The notes beneath the pieces are model-generated. The model was not told the origin of the DNA, did not search any database, and saw only the letters and a list, made by a program, of their open reading frames with translations. Both the position numbers and the translations under genes were made by a program. Positions 17,201-27,200 of a stretch of DNA of 44,815 nucleotides are shown one piece after another. Positions within the stretch are counted from its first letter, which is position 1. The number at the start of each line of letters is the position of its first letter. Origin of the DNA: Bacteroidaceae bacterium (GTDB taxonomy: Bacteria > Bacteroidota > Bacteroidia > Bacteroidales > Bacteroidaceae); assembly GCA_017558255.1 (NCBI GenBank), contig JAFYVX010000177.1, forward strand, positions 1-44,815, given 5' to 3'.

Positions 17201-17846
17201 GTTCACTCATGACCAGCTGGATACTTTCAAGCAGATTCTGAACTTTGTCAACGATAACTCCTATAACTTCCCATTCCTGTCAACTGAGTATTTGGATAAG
17301 GTGGAAGCTATACAGAAGATTCAGACTGATACATGGCCTGTTTCTTCACTTCGTGGATATATCCGTTTACAGAAAGAGTTGAGTTATGCTTTGGATGGAG
17401 TACGTGAATCACTCCGCCAGCAGATTCGCACAGCTTATAACGAAATCTTCAGTTATTTGGAGAATGTTGCTAAAGAGCAGAATGTACCTGTTTCTATCTT
17501 ATCAAACAGAGAGAATGTTATATTGAGCAAGACAACTCCTACTAACATATTGGTTCTTAAGGGGAACACGTCAACCGATGCATTCTATCAAGCTGAAATT
17601 GAGAAGATATTGGATTATGCCAATCGGCACCAGCCAGTTCCTTCTCAACCAGAAAAAGGCAAAGAAGAACCAGGAAAAGAACAGCCTACACCACCAACAC
17701 GTAAACGTATTCGTCAGGCATCATTACAGACAAAAACCCAATTACCTCTATCAAACGAGGAAGACATTGACCGTTATTTGGCTGGATTGAAAAAACAATT
17801 GCTCAAGCTTTTGGTGGATCATGATAGCGTGATGATTGTCAAATAA
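14217..17846 (+). CDS. brxC: BREX ATPase BrxC/PglY
   Basis: 1209 aa with Walker A GYYGSGKS at 14418-14441 and Walker B-like ILLADEVSQF. Size and position are canonical. Confidence 0.9.
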   Translation: MKLKELYSKSINRAVNPAVSATKFDPETEHIEIQEYVFTDEILNGLFRILDAIKNNTPYDHVGIWIDGYYGSGKSHFLKYLDYCITPRTHEAALARLLQAVKGIDPMDEKHNLSFGYDQMLSIANWLKRATIDTCIFNLETSYDNSTDKRQAFLHIFWNEFNGKRGFNKFNITLAQNLEKPLSEKGVFEAFKQRIAEEADDADWNDPGIAADIIDNELDWVLDIAVELAPTLDKESIRERIIKRDTNMSIDRFGMELATYLKNKGEDYRLILLADEVSQFINKERDRYLNLQEIITKLSEACDNKVWVACTAQQDLSEIMDDCHIAEEKDKEGKIKGRFEVKVSLKGTQPEVITQKRILDKKDEVKPELEKMYDKQKAAFGLQFKLPSSYESYTSKDDFVAYYPFVPYQFKLIMQVFNSFLNLGYVAKEVKGNERSIIKVIHSTAKTNAEAEVGKFISFDELYNNMFEEGLQARGQKAVNNALDIAKTYTRDPKLARRVANILFMICNISQTDQLLFPASVDNVTSLLVNDMSVPRLTIKNEVEKVIEFLCDNNIIRREQGKQGAPDTYSFYSEEEMKVAQLIQSQAPDTNSQAEQLKDIFFKYLSSLKNKVQYCTRSFALQACIMQRNYLSNSADIVVDFVMDADYDSAETLALHNQPNRMVYYVGPKFRENKRLFNAFYWYCQVNGYMTTPVPNEDNAKTRKEFEKRAEEVIQTLLIPEFQKILDTCPIISGMSVIDDIELGNKRGNDRYNLAIQKHMSSIYTKAKLVGSGMPTTTDQLKKAILRAVQPGEYEGFNAELKPAEHEVEIYLNKQFHEVNVTDVLAKFAKAPYGWDSICTLYVINELVRRHNRDYSYANNPNVETNIVANRIVTETNKFTLRQAKAINPQVIQQFTNAWKDIFGTTDTLGTTDSTQIFRMCREPESERSLIKRRDAYRRIESQISGYSFVAPIRDAIDLFESWLNERDQLNFFQVVIAKQQEAHELIDKCKELVQFTHDQLDTFKQILNFVNDNSYNFPFLSTEYLDKVEAIQKIQTDTWPVSSLRGYIRLQKELSYALDGVRESLRQQIRTAYNEIFSYLENVAKEQNVPVSILSNRENVILSKTTPTNILVLKGNTSTDAFYQAEIEKILDYANRHQPVPSQPEKGKEEPGKEQPTPPTRKRIRQASLQTKTQLPLSNEEDIDRYLAGLKKQLLKLLVDHDSVMIVK

Positions 17847-17863
17847 CCAGAAATTGTATTACT

Positions 17864-20800
17864 ATGGATACCAATAGAATAAAGAAGTTTGCCTCCGAGG
17901 CACGAAATATACTGAAAAAGGGCATCGCTGCCAAGATTACATCGCTGGGCTTCGACAGCAAGGGAAATGTGCAGGAGCTCCACAAACCGCAGCTCATGCA
18001 GGGCGGTTCGCTCTGGAACGGCCAACTTCAAACCGAGGGTTTCTACCACCGTTGGATGGCACTATACAGCCGTGTCTGCCAGAAAGGCATCAAGGAAGTC
18101 TACGAAGAGGCCGCCTACACGTGGTTCAACCGACTGATGGCTATCCGTATCCTGCAGAAGAACGGACTTTGCGAGGGTGTGATGGACTATGCCGATGCTG
18201 CACGTACTCCGCAAATAGTGAACGAAGCGCGTACTGGCAGCATACCACAGATGACGGAGGAGAACCGCCGCCATCTGATGGACCTCTTGGACGACGACAC
18301 CAAGGTGACCGAACAGTTTGCCTTGCTCATCACTGCCTGGTGCCAGCAGAATGCCATCATCGCCGCTTGTTTCGGTGGTATAGCTGACTACACCGAACTG
18401 CTCCTGCCTAACAACATCCTGGCCGAGGGTGGTTTCGTAGATATGATTAACCACACCGAGTTTATTACGGACGAGGAATACCACTCGCCCGAACTGATTG
18501 GCTGGCTTTATCAGTTCTATATCTCCGAACGCAAGGACGAAGTGTTTGCCAAGAAAGGCAAGTTTGAAGCCGATGAAATACCTGCTGCCACACAGATCTT
18601 CACCCCCAACTGGATTGTGAAGTACATGGTGCAGAACACCGTGGGACGCATCTATTTGGATAACAATCCATGGACAGCAGACGAGTTCAAGCCTAAGTGG
18701 AAATACTTGGTAGAGCCATCAGAGGAAACTCCACAGGATAGCATCTATCGCTACGATGAACTTACCGACTTGAAGGTTGCTGACTTGGCTTGCGGTTCGG
18801 GACACATCCTGAACGAGTGCTTCGATCTGCTTTACGACCTTTATATCTCCGAAGGATACAGCCGACGCGAAGCCATTGAGAACATTTTCCATAAGAACCT
18901 GACAGGCATCGACCTCGATACCCGTGCCAAGCAGATGGCGACTTTTGCCCTGTTGCTCAAGGCAAGCCAGAAGGACCAGTCCTTTGCCGATGCACATGTA
19001 TTGCCTCATGTACTTTCCATGCCACAATGCAACCAAGACACGTGGACCGTTTTGAGCGAACAGTTCAATAGCCGCTATGGCTTGCATTGCCCAGAAACTT
19101 CTGACAAGGAACTCAGTGCTACCTTTACGCTGATGGAGGATGCAGATAGTTTGGGTTCTATCATGAAGTTCCGTATATCGGACACCACCCGCCTTTATAT
19201 TCAGCAATCTCTGGAACAATACCATGGCGATGCCATGCCCAACAAGGCATTCAAACCTCTCGTTCATGGCATGGAACTGGTGCACACGCTCACGGAGAAG
19301 TATTCGGCATTGGTGATGAATCCTCCTTATATGGGTAGCGGAAACATGAACTCTGTGCTGTCCAAGTATGTGAAGGACAAGTACGAGGAGGGTAAAGCGG
19401 ACCTGTTCTCCACATTCATGATATTGGCCATCAATAGACTTGCATCCCAAGGTAAGTACGGTATGATAAACATGCACTCTTGGATGTTCCTGTCATCCTT
19501 TGAGAAACTGCGCAATACAATACTCAACGAGCAACAGATAGACAACCTGCTCCATCTTGGTCCTCGCACTTTCGATGAACTTAGTGGTGAAGTGGTACAG
19601 AATGCAGCATTCGTTATAACCAAGAAACGCTCCAATGGTTTGGGTATATATTATCGATTGGTAGATGGCAAAGATTGTTCCGATAAAGAGCGAATGTTCC
19701 TAAATGCCCCAAATCTTGATAATCTATATTACCCCAACATCCCACAAAAGAACTTTGAGAAGATTCCTGGATGTCCGATTGGGTATTGGGTGAGTGAGAA
19801 GATAATAAAAATTTTCACATCTCTTCCCAATATTAACGATGTTGGTATTACTAGGCTTGGTATGACAACTGGAGAAAATGCAAGGTTTGTTAGATTGTGG
19901 CATGAAGTCAATAGTACACTTTGTAAATTTGATGCGACTTGTCAATTAGATTTAGATAAGAGCAACGCTTATTTCGTACCATATAATAAAGGAGGAAGTT
20001 TTAGAAAATGGTATGGTAATAATGATTGTGTTCTTTATTGGAAAGATGAAGGATATGATATAAAGCATTTTGCTGATAGCAACGGAAGAATTCGTTCAAC
20101 AGTTCCCAATACGGAGTTTTATTTTTTACCATGTGCATCATGGTCTAAAATTAGTTCTGGAAAGATTGCCTTTAGATATAAATGCTGTAGTATTTTTGAT
20201 GTTGCCGGAGCTTGTTATTTTGCATATAAGTATGATTTAAGATATATGATGGGGTTTCTAAATTCTAACATTGTAGATGTTATAATTGGAGCATTATCCC
20301 CAACTCTTAATTACGAAGGTGGACAAATAGCATCATTGCCTATATGTTATACGGATAATCATAAGTTGGTAGAAAATATTGTAGCAGAAGCTATTTCACT
20401 ATCCCAATCAGACTGGGACTCTCACGAAACCTCTTGGGATTTTGAAGAAAACCCCTTGACGTTTATATCGAAACGCCTTGACGTTTTAAAAAATCTTGCT
20501 GAAGTTGTAGAACAATATAAAGAAGAATGGACGGAACGCTTCATGCAGCTCCATGCCAATGAAGAAGAATTGAACCGCCAGTTCATCGACATATATGGCC
20601 TTCAAGACGAACTGACTCCCGATGTGCCATTGGATGAAATCACCATCCTTCAACAAGGTGAGATTAAGATTGAAGACAATCAAATCAAATGGAACAACGA
20701 TGTGTTGATGAAGCAACTCATCTCGTATGCCGTAGGTGTATGGATGGGACGCTATCGCTTGGACAAGCCAGGATTGAACATCGCGCATCCCGAACCAACC

Positions 20801-21403
20801 GATGACGAATTGGCTCCGTACACCTATCAAAGTGCTACGGTAAACATAGACGACGATGGCATCATCCCTATCCTACCCCAAGGATGCCCATTCGATGACA
20901 ACCTGCCCAACCGCATTGCCGACTTCATACGCATTGCCTTTGGAGAGGAACACCTGACTGAAAACCTCAACTACATGGAAAAGCAGTTGGGCATGAGCAT
21001 AGAGCAATACCTGCTGAAGGACTTCTGGAAAGACCACAAGAAGATGTACCAGAACCGCCCCATCTACTGGCTATTTTCATCAAAGAAGGGTGCATTCAAG
21101 TGCATCACCTACATGCACCGCATGGATGCCTATACCGCCGAGCGAGTACGCAGCAAGTACCTGCTCCCCTATATAGAAATGCTCCAGAACAAGGTAAACG
21201 ACCTTTCCAACCGTGCCTCACAGCTCAGCACCACCGAGCGCCGCCAGCTGGACAACATGAAGAAGACCCTCGAAGAGTGCAACGAATACCACGACCGCCT
21301 GCAAGTCCTGGCCGAAGACACCGAACGCACCACCTTCGACCTCGACGACGGCGTAATAGTAAACTATGCCAAGTATGGCGATGTGTTAGCCAAGATTAAG
21401 TAA
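17864..21403 (+). CDS. pglX: BREX N6-adenine DNA methyltransferase PglX
   Basis: 1179 aa. SAM motif I DLACGSGH at 18782-18805 and catalytic motif IV NPPY at 19319-19330. Position matches the BREX order. Confidence 0.9.
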   Translation: MDTNRIKKFASEARNILKKGIAAKITSLGFDSKGNVQELHKPQLMQGGSLWNGQLQTEGFYHRWMALYSRVCQKGIKEVYEEAAYTWFNRLMAIRILQKNGLCEGVMDYADAARTPQIVNEARTGSIPQMTEENRRHLMDLLDDDTKVTEQFALLITAWCQQNAIIAACFGGIADYTELLLPNNILAEGGFVDMINHTEFITDEEYHSPELIGWLYQFYISERKDEVFAKKGKFEADEIPAATQIFTPNWIVKYMVQNTVGRIYLDNNPWTADEFKPKWKYLVEPSEETPQDSIYRYDELTDLKVADLACGSGHILNECFDLLYDLYISEGYSRREAIENIFHKNLTGIDLDTRAKQMATFALLLKASQKDQSFADAHVLPHVLSMPQCNQDTWTVLSEQFNSRYGLHCPETSDKELSATFTLMEDADSLGSIMKFRISDTTRLYIQQSLEQYHGDAMPNKAFKPLVHGMELVHTLTEKYSALVMNPPYMGSGNMNSVLSKYVKDKYEEGKADLFSTFMILAINRLASQGKYGMINMHSWMFLSSFEKLRNTILNEQQIDNLLHLGPRTFDELSGEVVQNAAFVITKKRSNGLGIYYRLVDGKDCSDKERMFLNAPNLDNLYYPNIPQKNFEKIPGCPIGYWVSEKIIKIFTSLPNINDVGITRLGMTTGENARFVRLWHEVNSTLCKFDATCQLDLDKSNAYFVPYNKGGSFRKWYGNNDCVLYWKDEGYDIKHFADSNGRIRSTVPNTEFYFLPCASWSKISSGKIAFRYKCCSIFDVAGACYFAYKYDLRYMMGFLNSNIVDVIIGALSPTLNYEGGQIASLPICYTDNHKLVENIVAEAISLSQSDWDSHETSWDFEENPLTFISKRLDVLKNLAEVVEQYKEEWTERFMQLHANEEELNRQFIDIYGLQDELTPDVPLDEITILQQGEIKIEDNQIKWNNDVLMKQLISYAVGVWMGRYRLDKPGLNIAHPEPTDDELAPYTYQSATVNIDDDGIIPILPQGCPFDDNLPNRIADFIRIAFGEEHLTENLNYMEKQLGMSIEQYLLKDFWKDHKKMYQNRPIYWLFSSKKGAFKCITYMHRMDAYTAERVRSKYLLPYIEMLQNKVNDLSNRASQLSTTERRQLDNMKKTLEECNEYHDRLQVLAEDTERTTFDLDDGVIVNYAKYGDVLAKIK

Positions 21404-21424
21404 GAAAACAAAGAACAGCATATT

Positions 21425-22360
21425 ATGATTACAATTAAGAGAATAGAGATAAAAGGTTACTTCGGACGTGGAGACTTCGAATGGAATCTTGACTCTGTGG
21501 TAAATATCTTAGGTGGTAAGAATGGAAGTGGTAAATCATCCATATTCAAGCTTTGCTATTTGTTGCTGTCAAACAAAACAATTGATGACGATACGGACAA
21601 GAAGTTCATGAAAATCTTCAAAGAAGTCAAACTGACTTATTCGAACGGATGGACTCAAACTTGGGTACATCAAAGCAATAATGATGATTATACATTAGAA
21701 ATAGGAGGTTCTCAAGCATCATCATATAGAACAGCTTCACAAATTGTTGACATAAATGGTCAAAAACGAACTTTCGAGGAGCTACAAAAGCAGATAAAAG
21801 TATATCTGATAAATTCGTTTGAACAGCATGTAGCTGATGCAACCAGTTACGAACAACAACCAAAGTCTGAGACATTGAATGATCCAACTATGCTCGATTT
21901 GATGATTAAGAATCAGATTGACCAACGTAACAAGGACTTCTCAAAAATAATGGAAGACATCGTAGATATGCCAGAAGACAGTACGCCCGAAAACCAAGCA
22001 TATATCAAAGCATACAGAAAAACCTATACTTCCATCAACCATTTCCTTAATGAATACGATAAGCCTAAGAGCTCATTTGAATTTATTAAGAAGGGAGAAA
22101 CAATCAAGTATGACCAACTCTCTATGGGTGAAAAACAGATATTATTATTGATGCTCATGGTTGGCAATACCAAGCAAGAACCATGTATCTTCTTTATGGA
22201 TGAGCCTGACTTGAGCATGCACATCGACTGGAAAGAAATACTTGTGAAGGAACTTCATGAGCTGAATCCGAATATGCAGATTATCCTTTCAACTCATGCA
22301 CCAAGCGTCATTACAGGATGGCATGACAGAGTAAAAGAAGTCAGCCAACTTATCAAATGA
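21425..22360 (+). CDS. Compact ABC/AAA_21-type ATPase, PARIS AriA-like
   Basis: Walker A GGKNGSGKS at 21512-21538, signature-like LSMGEKQ, Walker B IFFMDEPDLSMH and H-loop LSTHAP. It is paired, 8 nt apart, with a DUF4435-like gene. Confidence 0.6.
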   Translation: MITIKRIEIKGYFGRGDFEWNLDSVVNILGGKNGSGKSSIFKLCYLLLSNKTIDDDTDKKFMKIFKEVKLTYSNGWTQTWVHQSNNDDYTLEIGGSQASSYRTASQIVDINGQKRTFEELQKQIKVYLINSFEQHVADATSYEQQPKSETLNDPTMLDLMIKNQIDQRNKDFSKIMEDIVDMPEDSTPENQAYIKAYRKTYTSINHFLNEYDKPKSSFEFIKKGETIKYDQLSMGEKQILLLMLMVGNTKQEPCIFFMDEPDLSMHIDWKEILVKELHELNPNMQIILSTHAPSVITGWHDRVKEVSQLIK

Positions 22361-22368
22361 GGTAGATT

Positions 22369-23358
22369 ATGGCGACATTGACAAGTGCATATAATCCCAG
22401 TTATTCAGAAAACGCATCTATACTAACCGGTAATCCCAACAGAGTAATTGTTGAGATTGAAGACAGTATAGATAAGGGATTTTGGGAGAACATATTGAAG
22501 GAACAATGTCCTTCAAAAGATTTACATTTCAATCCCTATCACACGGTTCTGAATGATAATGATATGGGGAATAGAGTGAAAGGTAAAACCCGTATTATGG
22601 AAATGGCCGATCAAATGAATGATTGGCATATAGGTTGCATCGATAGTGATTATGATTGGATACTTTCAGATTATTGTAACAAAGGCAAGACGATAAACGA
22701 CAACAAGTATCTATTACAAACATACGCATACTCATTTGAGAACTTGGTATGCTTGTCATCTACACTGAATGACTTCTGCCAAGAAACGACAGAAGAATGT
22801 ACAGATATAGACTTTAATGATTACGTTCAGAAAGTATCAGAGGTCATATATCCACTTCTGATATGGTCGGTTTATCTATATAGTAAAGGAAATCATGATT
22901 TCACACCTACTGCTTGGCATGATATTCTAATAAGTACTTTAAATGATACAAAAGCTTCATTGGAATTAATCAAAGAAAGAGTGAAGGCAAAGCTTGATGA
23001 ACTTAATACAAATCATACTTCTGAAATAGCAGAAAGGAATAATATGCAAGACTCTCTTTCTAACGTGAAAAGTATCACAAAAGAAAATGCCTATCTCTTC
23101 GTTAGAGGTCATGAATTGTTTGATCATTTGGTAAATAGTATTCTTAAGCCAATCATTGGCGGATTGAGAACACAACATTACAACACCATTAATAAATTAG
23201 ATATGGATAAAGATGCTCGTACTATTGCGTTGAAGGATTATTCTAATAAACAAAAATCTGTAAAAGATTTACTGTACAAGAATTATCGTTATAAAGAGCA
23301 AACTTTTATCTATGATATGATTTGTAAAGACGTGGAGAAGATTTGGACAAAGAATTAA
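22369..23358 (+). CDS. DUF4435/Toprim-like protein, PARIS AriB-like
   Basis: N-terminal RVIVEIEDSIDKGFW (conserved Glu) and IGCIDSDYDW (DxD) fit the Toprim/DUF4435 pattern. It follows the ATPase gene immediately. Confidence 0.55.
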   Translation: MATLTSAYNPSYSENASILTGNPNRVIVEIEDSIDKGFWENILKEQCPSKDLHFNPYHTVLNDNDMGNRVKGKTRIMEMADQMNDWHIGCIDSDYDWILSDYCNKGKTINDNKYLLQTYAYSFENLVCLSSTLNDFCQETTEECTDIDFNDYVQKVSEVIYPLLIWSVYLYSKGNHDFTPTAWHDILISTLNDTKASLELIKERVKAKLDELNTNHTSEIAERNNMQDSLSNVKSITKENAYLFVRGHELFDHLVNSILKPIIGGLRTQHYNTINKLDMDKDARTIALKDYSNKQKSVKDLLYKNYRYKEQTFIYDMICKDVEKIWTKN

Positions 23359-23416
23359 TATTCTAATAATAAGCAGAATGTTAAACTCACAATACATAAC
23401 CAGAATATAATACGCC

Positions 23417-24244
23417 ATGCCAACACCCGATTTTCCCAAATTGATAGATTGTGGAACATGTTCACTACACATTGTTACACCTAATAACGTATGGTTTATT
23501 GAAGAACTTTTCAGATTTGCCGACGTCAGGAAATTCTATGTGCTGCGCAGTGACCACGCTGCAAACATCAAACTGTTCTGCCAATATGTGCTCAATGCTA
23601 CATCTCAAAAGTATACACTGAACTATATTATATACAACAACTACGGAGATGAGGCAGGATTCATTTCAGCCGAACCCACCATGAATCCGATGACCAATAT
23701 GCCAACATGGAATATGGGATATGCCGTGCATCCGACGCACAGACAACGAGGATATGCAACAAGTGCCGTAAACGCACTGACCAATTTCCTGCTTCATAAT
23801 TTCTCTCTACAGAATGTGATGCTAGACATCTGCGAAGAAAATCATCATTCAATCAAGGTTGCACAAAAGTGTGGTTTCAGGAAACCTAATGACGGAATGG
23901 GGTATTTCGACATGCAGAATCCTGAACTTGGCATGAGGATGCGATGGTTCAAGCAACTTGCAGGAGAAAGAACCTCCTACTTTAACCTGGCTGTACAATA
24001 CTACAGACAGAAGGCATACGCACCATCCGTAGAGGCATTCAAACAGGCCCTCAGTGTGCCCTACCAGCCCGGCACACCATATACCGATGCTCAAATCTAT
24101 TCGAACATGGGCATGGCACTGTCTTCATTGGAAAGATATAATGAAGCTTTCCAATGTCTAAAGAAAGCTCAAAGTTTAGGATTGAACAATCCAAGTATTG
24201 AGAAGGAATTGAATTGGTTGAGAAATAATATTGGACTTTATTAA
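23417..24244 (+). CDS. GNAT N-acetyltransferase (RimJ/RimL-like) fused to C-terminal TPR repeats
   Basis: GNAT motif A region: GYAVHPTHRQRGYATSAVNALTNFLL...IKVAQKCGF. The C-terminal ~90 aa form TPR-like pairs (YFNLAVQYYRQKAYAPSVEAFKQAL; YSNMGMALSSLERYNEAFQCLKKA). Confidence 0.7.
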   Translation: MPTPDFPKLIDCGTCSLHIVTPNNVWFIEELFRFADVRKFYVLRSDHAANIKLFCQYVLNATSQKYTLNYIIYNNYGDEAGFISAEPTMNPMTNMPTWNMGYAVHPTHRQRGYATSAVNALTNFLLHNFSLQNVMLDICEENHHSIKVAQKCGFRKPNDGMGYFDMQNPELGMRMRWFKQLAGERTSYFNLAVQYYRQKAYAPSVEAFKQALSVPYQPGTPYTDAQIYSNMGMALSSLERYNEAFQCLKKAQSLGLNNPSIEKELNWLRNNIGLY

Positions 24245-24268
24245 TAGGATTAGGAATCACTAATTATT

Positions 24269-27200
24269 ATGGGATTTGATAAAAGCAAATTAACTAGGGC
24301 AGAGCGCGATTTCTTTGAACATCGCAAATTGAAGGATAAATTCTTCATAGGATGTTTTAATAAAACGGAGTCAGGTTATCTTATATCTGACATTCGTCGT
24401 TCTGACTTCTCTAAGATTAAATATAAACCTGCTAATTCAAAATCATTTACCATTGATGTAGCTGGATTATTGAATAGGAATCTTAAAGAAGACTGCTATT
24501 ATTTGTTTACATGGGTTATGCTAGAGTCTAATCCCGAATACATCTTTGGCGTTGATGAAAATGAGGATATCAAGCTTATTAGTCCACATGACATAGTTTC
24601 TCTACTTTATCACGACATATACAATTATCCAGCCAGTGCATCAGAGAAGATTGTCAACACACTAGACACATTAAAGAATCAACTTACCGCTAGTGGCAAG
24701 GAAGTCTTTATATATGAACTGCTCCAGAATGCTAATGACTATCCACTGAAAGTTGATGGCAGAAAACAACCTGTGGATGTTGAATTCCATATCACTGACA
24801 ATTACTTGGTGTTCCAACATTCCGGCGACTATTTTGATGCCAAGAACATTGCTGCTATTTGTAGCATTAACGATAAAGAAAAAACAGACAATAGTGAAGC
24901 TATTGGTTATAAAGGAATCGGGTTCAAAACTGTATTCTTAGACAACAACTATGTATTATTAAAGACTGGAGCGTACTCCTTCTGTTTTGACTACGAACAT
25001 ACAAAGAATATTGATGATACTCCTTGGCAAATTCTTCCTATATGGACTGACGATGAGGATGTGGACGATGAAGTATTGGATATAATTGATAATGCCGATA
25101 GCAAATTCCGTGTTCAAATTGCTTTGCGACCAACTGAACCTGAAATATTACATGAAAGCGAACAGAACTATGAAGAACTATTCGCTGATGTTTTTGAAAC
25201 AGAACGAGTAATTTTATTTATACCATATATAAGAAGTGTCAGTGTATATATGGATGGCGATGATGAGCCTACCATTGTCAAGGTTAAAGAAAACGACAAG
25301 TGGTGTGTGTCTGAAGCTAAGAAATACGTTAGTGATGTTCCCGAAGAATTGACAGAAGAACTGAATCGCCGCATAAATAAAAATGATGGTAAAATTCCGG
25401 AAAAGTATTTTAACTTCAAGAAAACGTCAGTTGGCTTTGCTTGTAAACGTGACGGAAATAAACTTATGCCTGTAGAGAATACATGCTTATATTGTTATCT
25501 TCCTGCAAAGAAAGCCAAATGGGGTTTTGGATTCCTTATGAATTCAGATATGATTCCAACTGGTCCACGTGATAATGTTGAGCCTAAAGAGAAAATAAAT
25601 CATATAATAGCAAAAATAGCTGGCAAGCAATTCTTTGCATGGATTCAAGATTTGCTTAATTCAAATGAGTTTGACTATGATTCAGTATTCAGTCTTATTC
25701 CAAACTTTGAAGATTGCAAAGAAAGATATGAGGATGATGAAGACGTGGTTAAATTCATCGAAGAATTCCAAGAGGGTTTTGAAGAAGAATTGAAAGATGG
25801 TGCAATCATACCTGTCGAAGAAGACGGTCAAATGGTACTGAAACCTCTTGATGAAGTTAACTATGACGAAACTGGTATCACCTGTACTGATTTGATGACT
25901 GATGATGAAGTTCGTGAGTTTACTAGCTGGAAAGACTTTTTCCCACATACAGACTTGCGTGATTATGATAGTTATAGTTTAAGACCTGGAATAGAAACGT
26001 TTTTGCGTACCTATGTTCTAAATAATTACACATTGGATTTCAGTCATATACTTAAATCATGCGAAAATACAAAGTTCCAAGAATGGCTTTCAGACTCTGA
26101 TAACAACAATGCTTTTCTTAAATTTTTGGTAAGCAAAGAACAAATTATCGAGTTTAAGGCCAAGAAAATCTTCATGACCGAGGATAAAGAATTACGAGCA
26201 GCTGTATCAATATACGAAGATATTGATGCTTTCTATCCTGACCTTGTTGCTTTCAATGATTATTTACCACGTCTGGCCAAAGTTACTCGTGATTATTTCA
26301 AGAACAATGAAGAATGGGATTCCATCCATGATGACTTGTTTAAATCCTTCGATCCAGATATTTTCGTAGATAAAGAACTGAGAGATAAGAATAATATTGA
26401 AGACACCAAGCAACGTTTGAGGGAAAAGAAAGCATCTTTAGGCTTTTTTAATTTCCTTGCAGAGCATGTAGGCTATACTAATGCCTACAAAGAGTTCCCT
26501 GTTCTTAGCTTTGTGGATGATGAGTTCATAGATGACTTTAGAGGGAATATCTATTTCTACAGTAAAGAGGGGGAAGAACTGTACAATGAAGAATGGACAG
26601 CGGAAGGATGGGTGAATCTCATATCTGAAGAGTATTCGGATAAAGCAAAAGAATACTTTGAAAAAGAATTTGGTGTCCCTGAATTTAGTGTTGAAAGCTT
26701 CTTTGAGGATGTAATTTTTACAAAAGAGGCCAGGGGGTATCTAAACGACTTGGGACAGGAGCATATAGCTTTTGTCAAGTATTGCTTTGAACATAAAGAT
26801 AGCCTTGGCGACAATAATCTTACAGATTATTCACTTTGGACATACGACAAAGAGGGTGAAAATGAGCACATACTAAGCGAAGATGTCATTTTCTTCCAAA
26901 ATGATTTGTTAGAAGATTTTCAAGGCAAAACGTGGATTAAGAATGGCTGGATGTATCGTTTGGATGAAGAATACCTTGAAGATGTTGAAGAAAGGGAATC
27001 ATTCTGCCAGTTCCTTGCCGACAAGTTTGGTGTTCTCACGTTCACGATGGAAACCTTCTATGACAAAGTTGTTTCAGAGCATATAACGGATATTTGTGAA
27101 AATGTCGGTGGTACAGAATCAGATAAAGATACAGATGAAAGTATCGACATCTTGACATATCTTGGTGAGAACTATAAACTTATATTTGAAGATAATGGTA

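Noticed and set aside
18062-19477. Antisense ORFs inside pglX (18062-18484, 140 aa; 18719-19477, 252 aa).
   Set aside because: This is the same GC3 artefact. They overlap the methyltransferase motifs I and IV of an intact 1179-aa gene.
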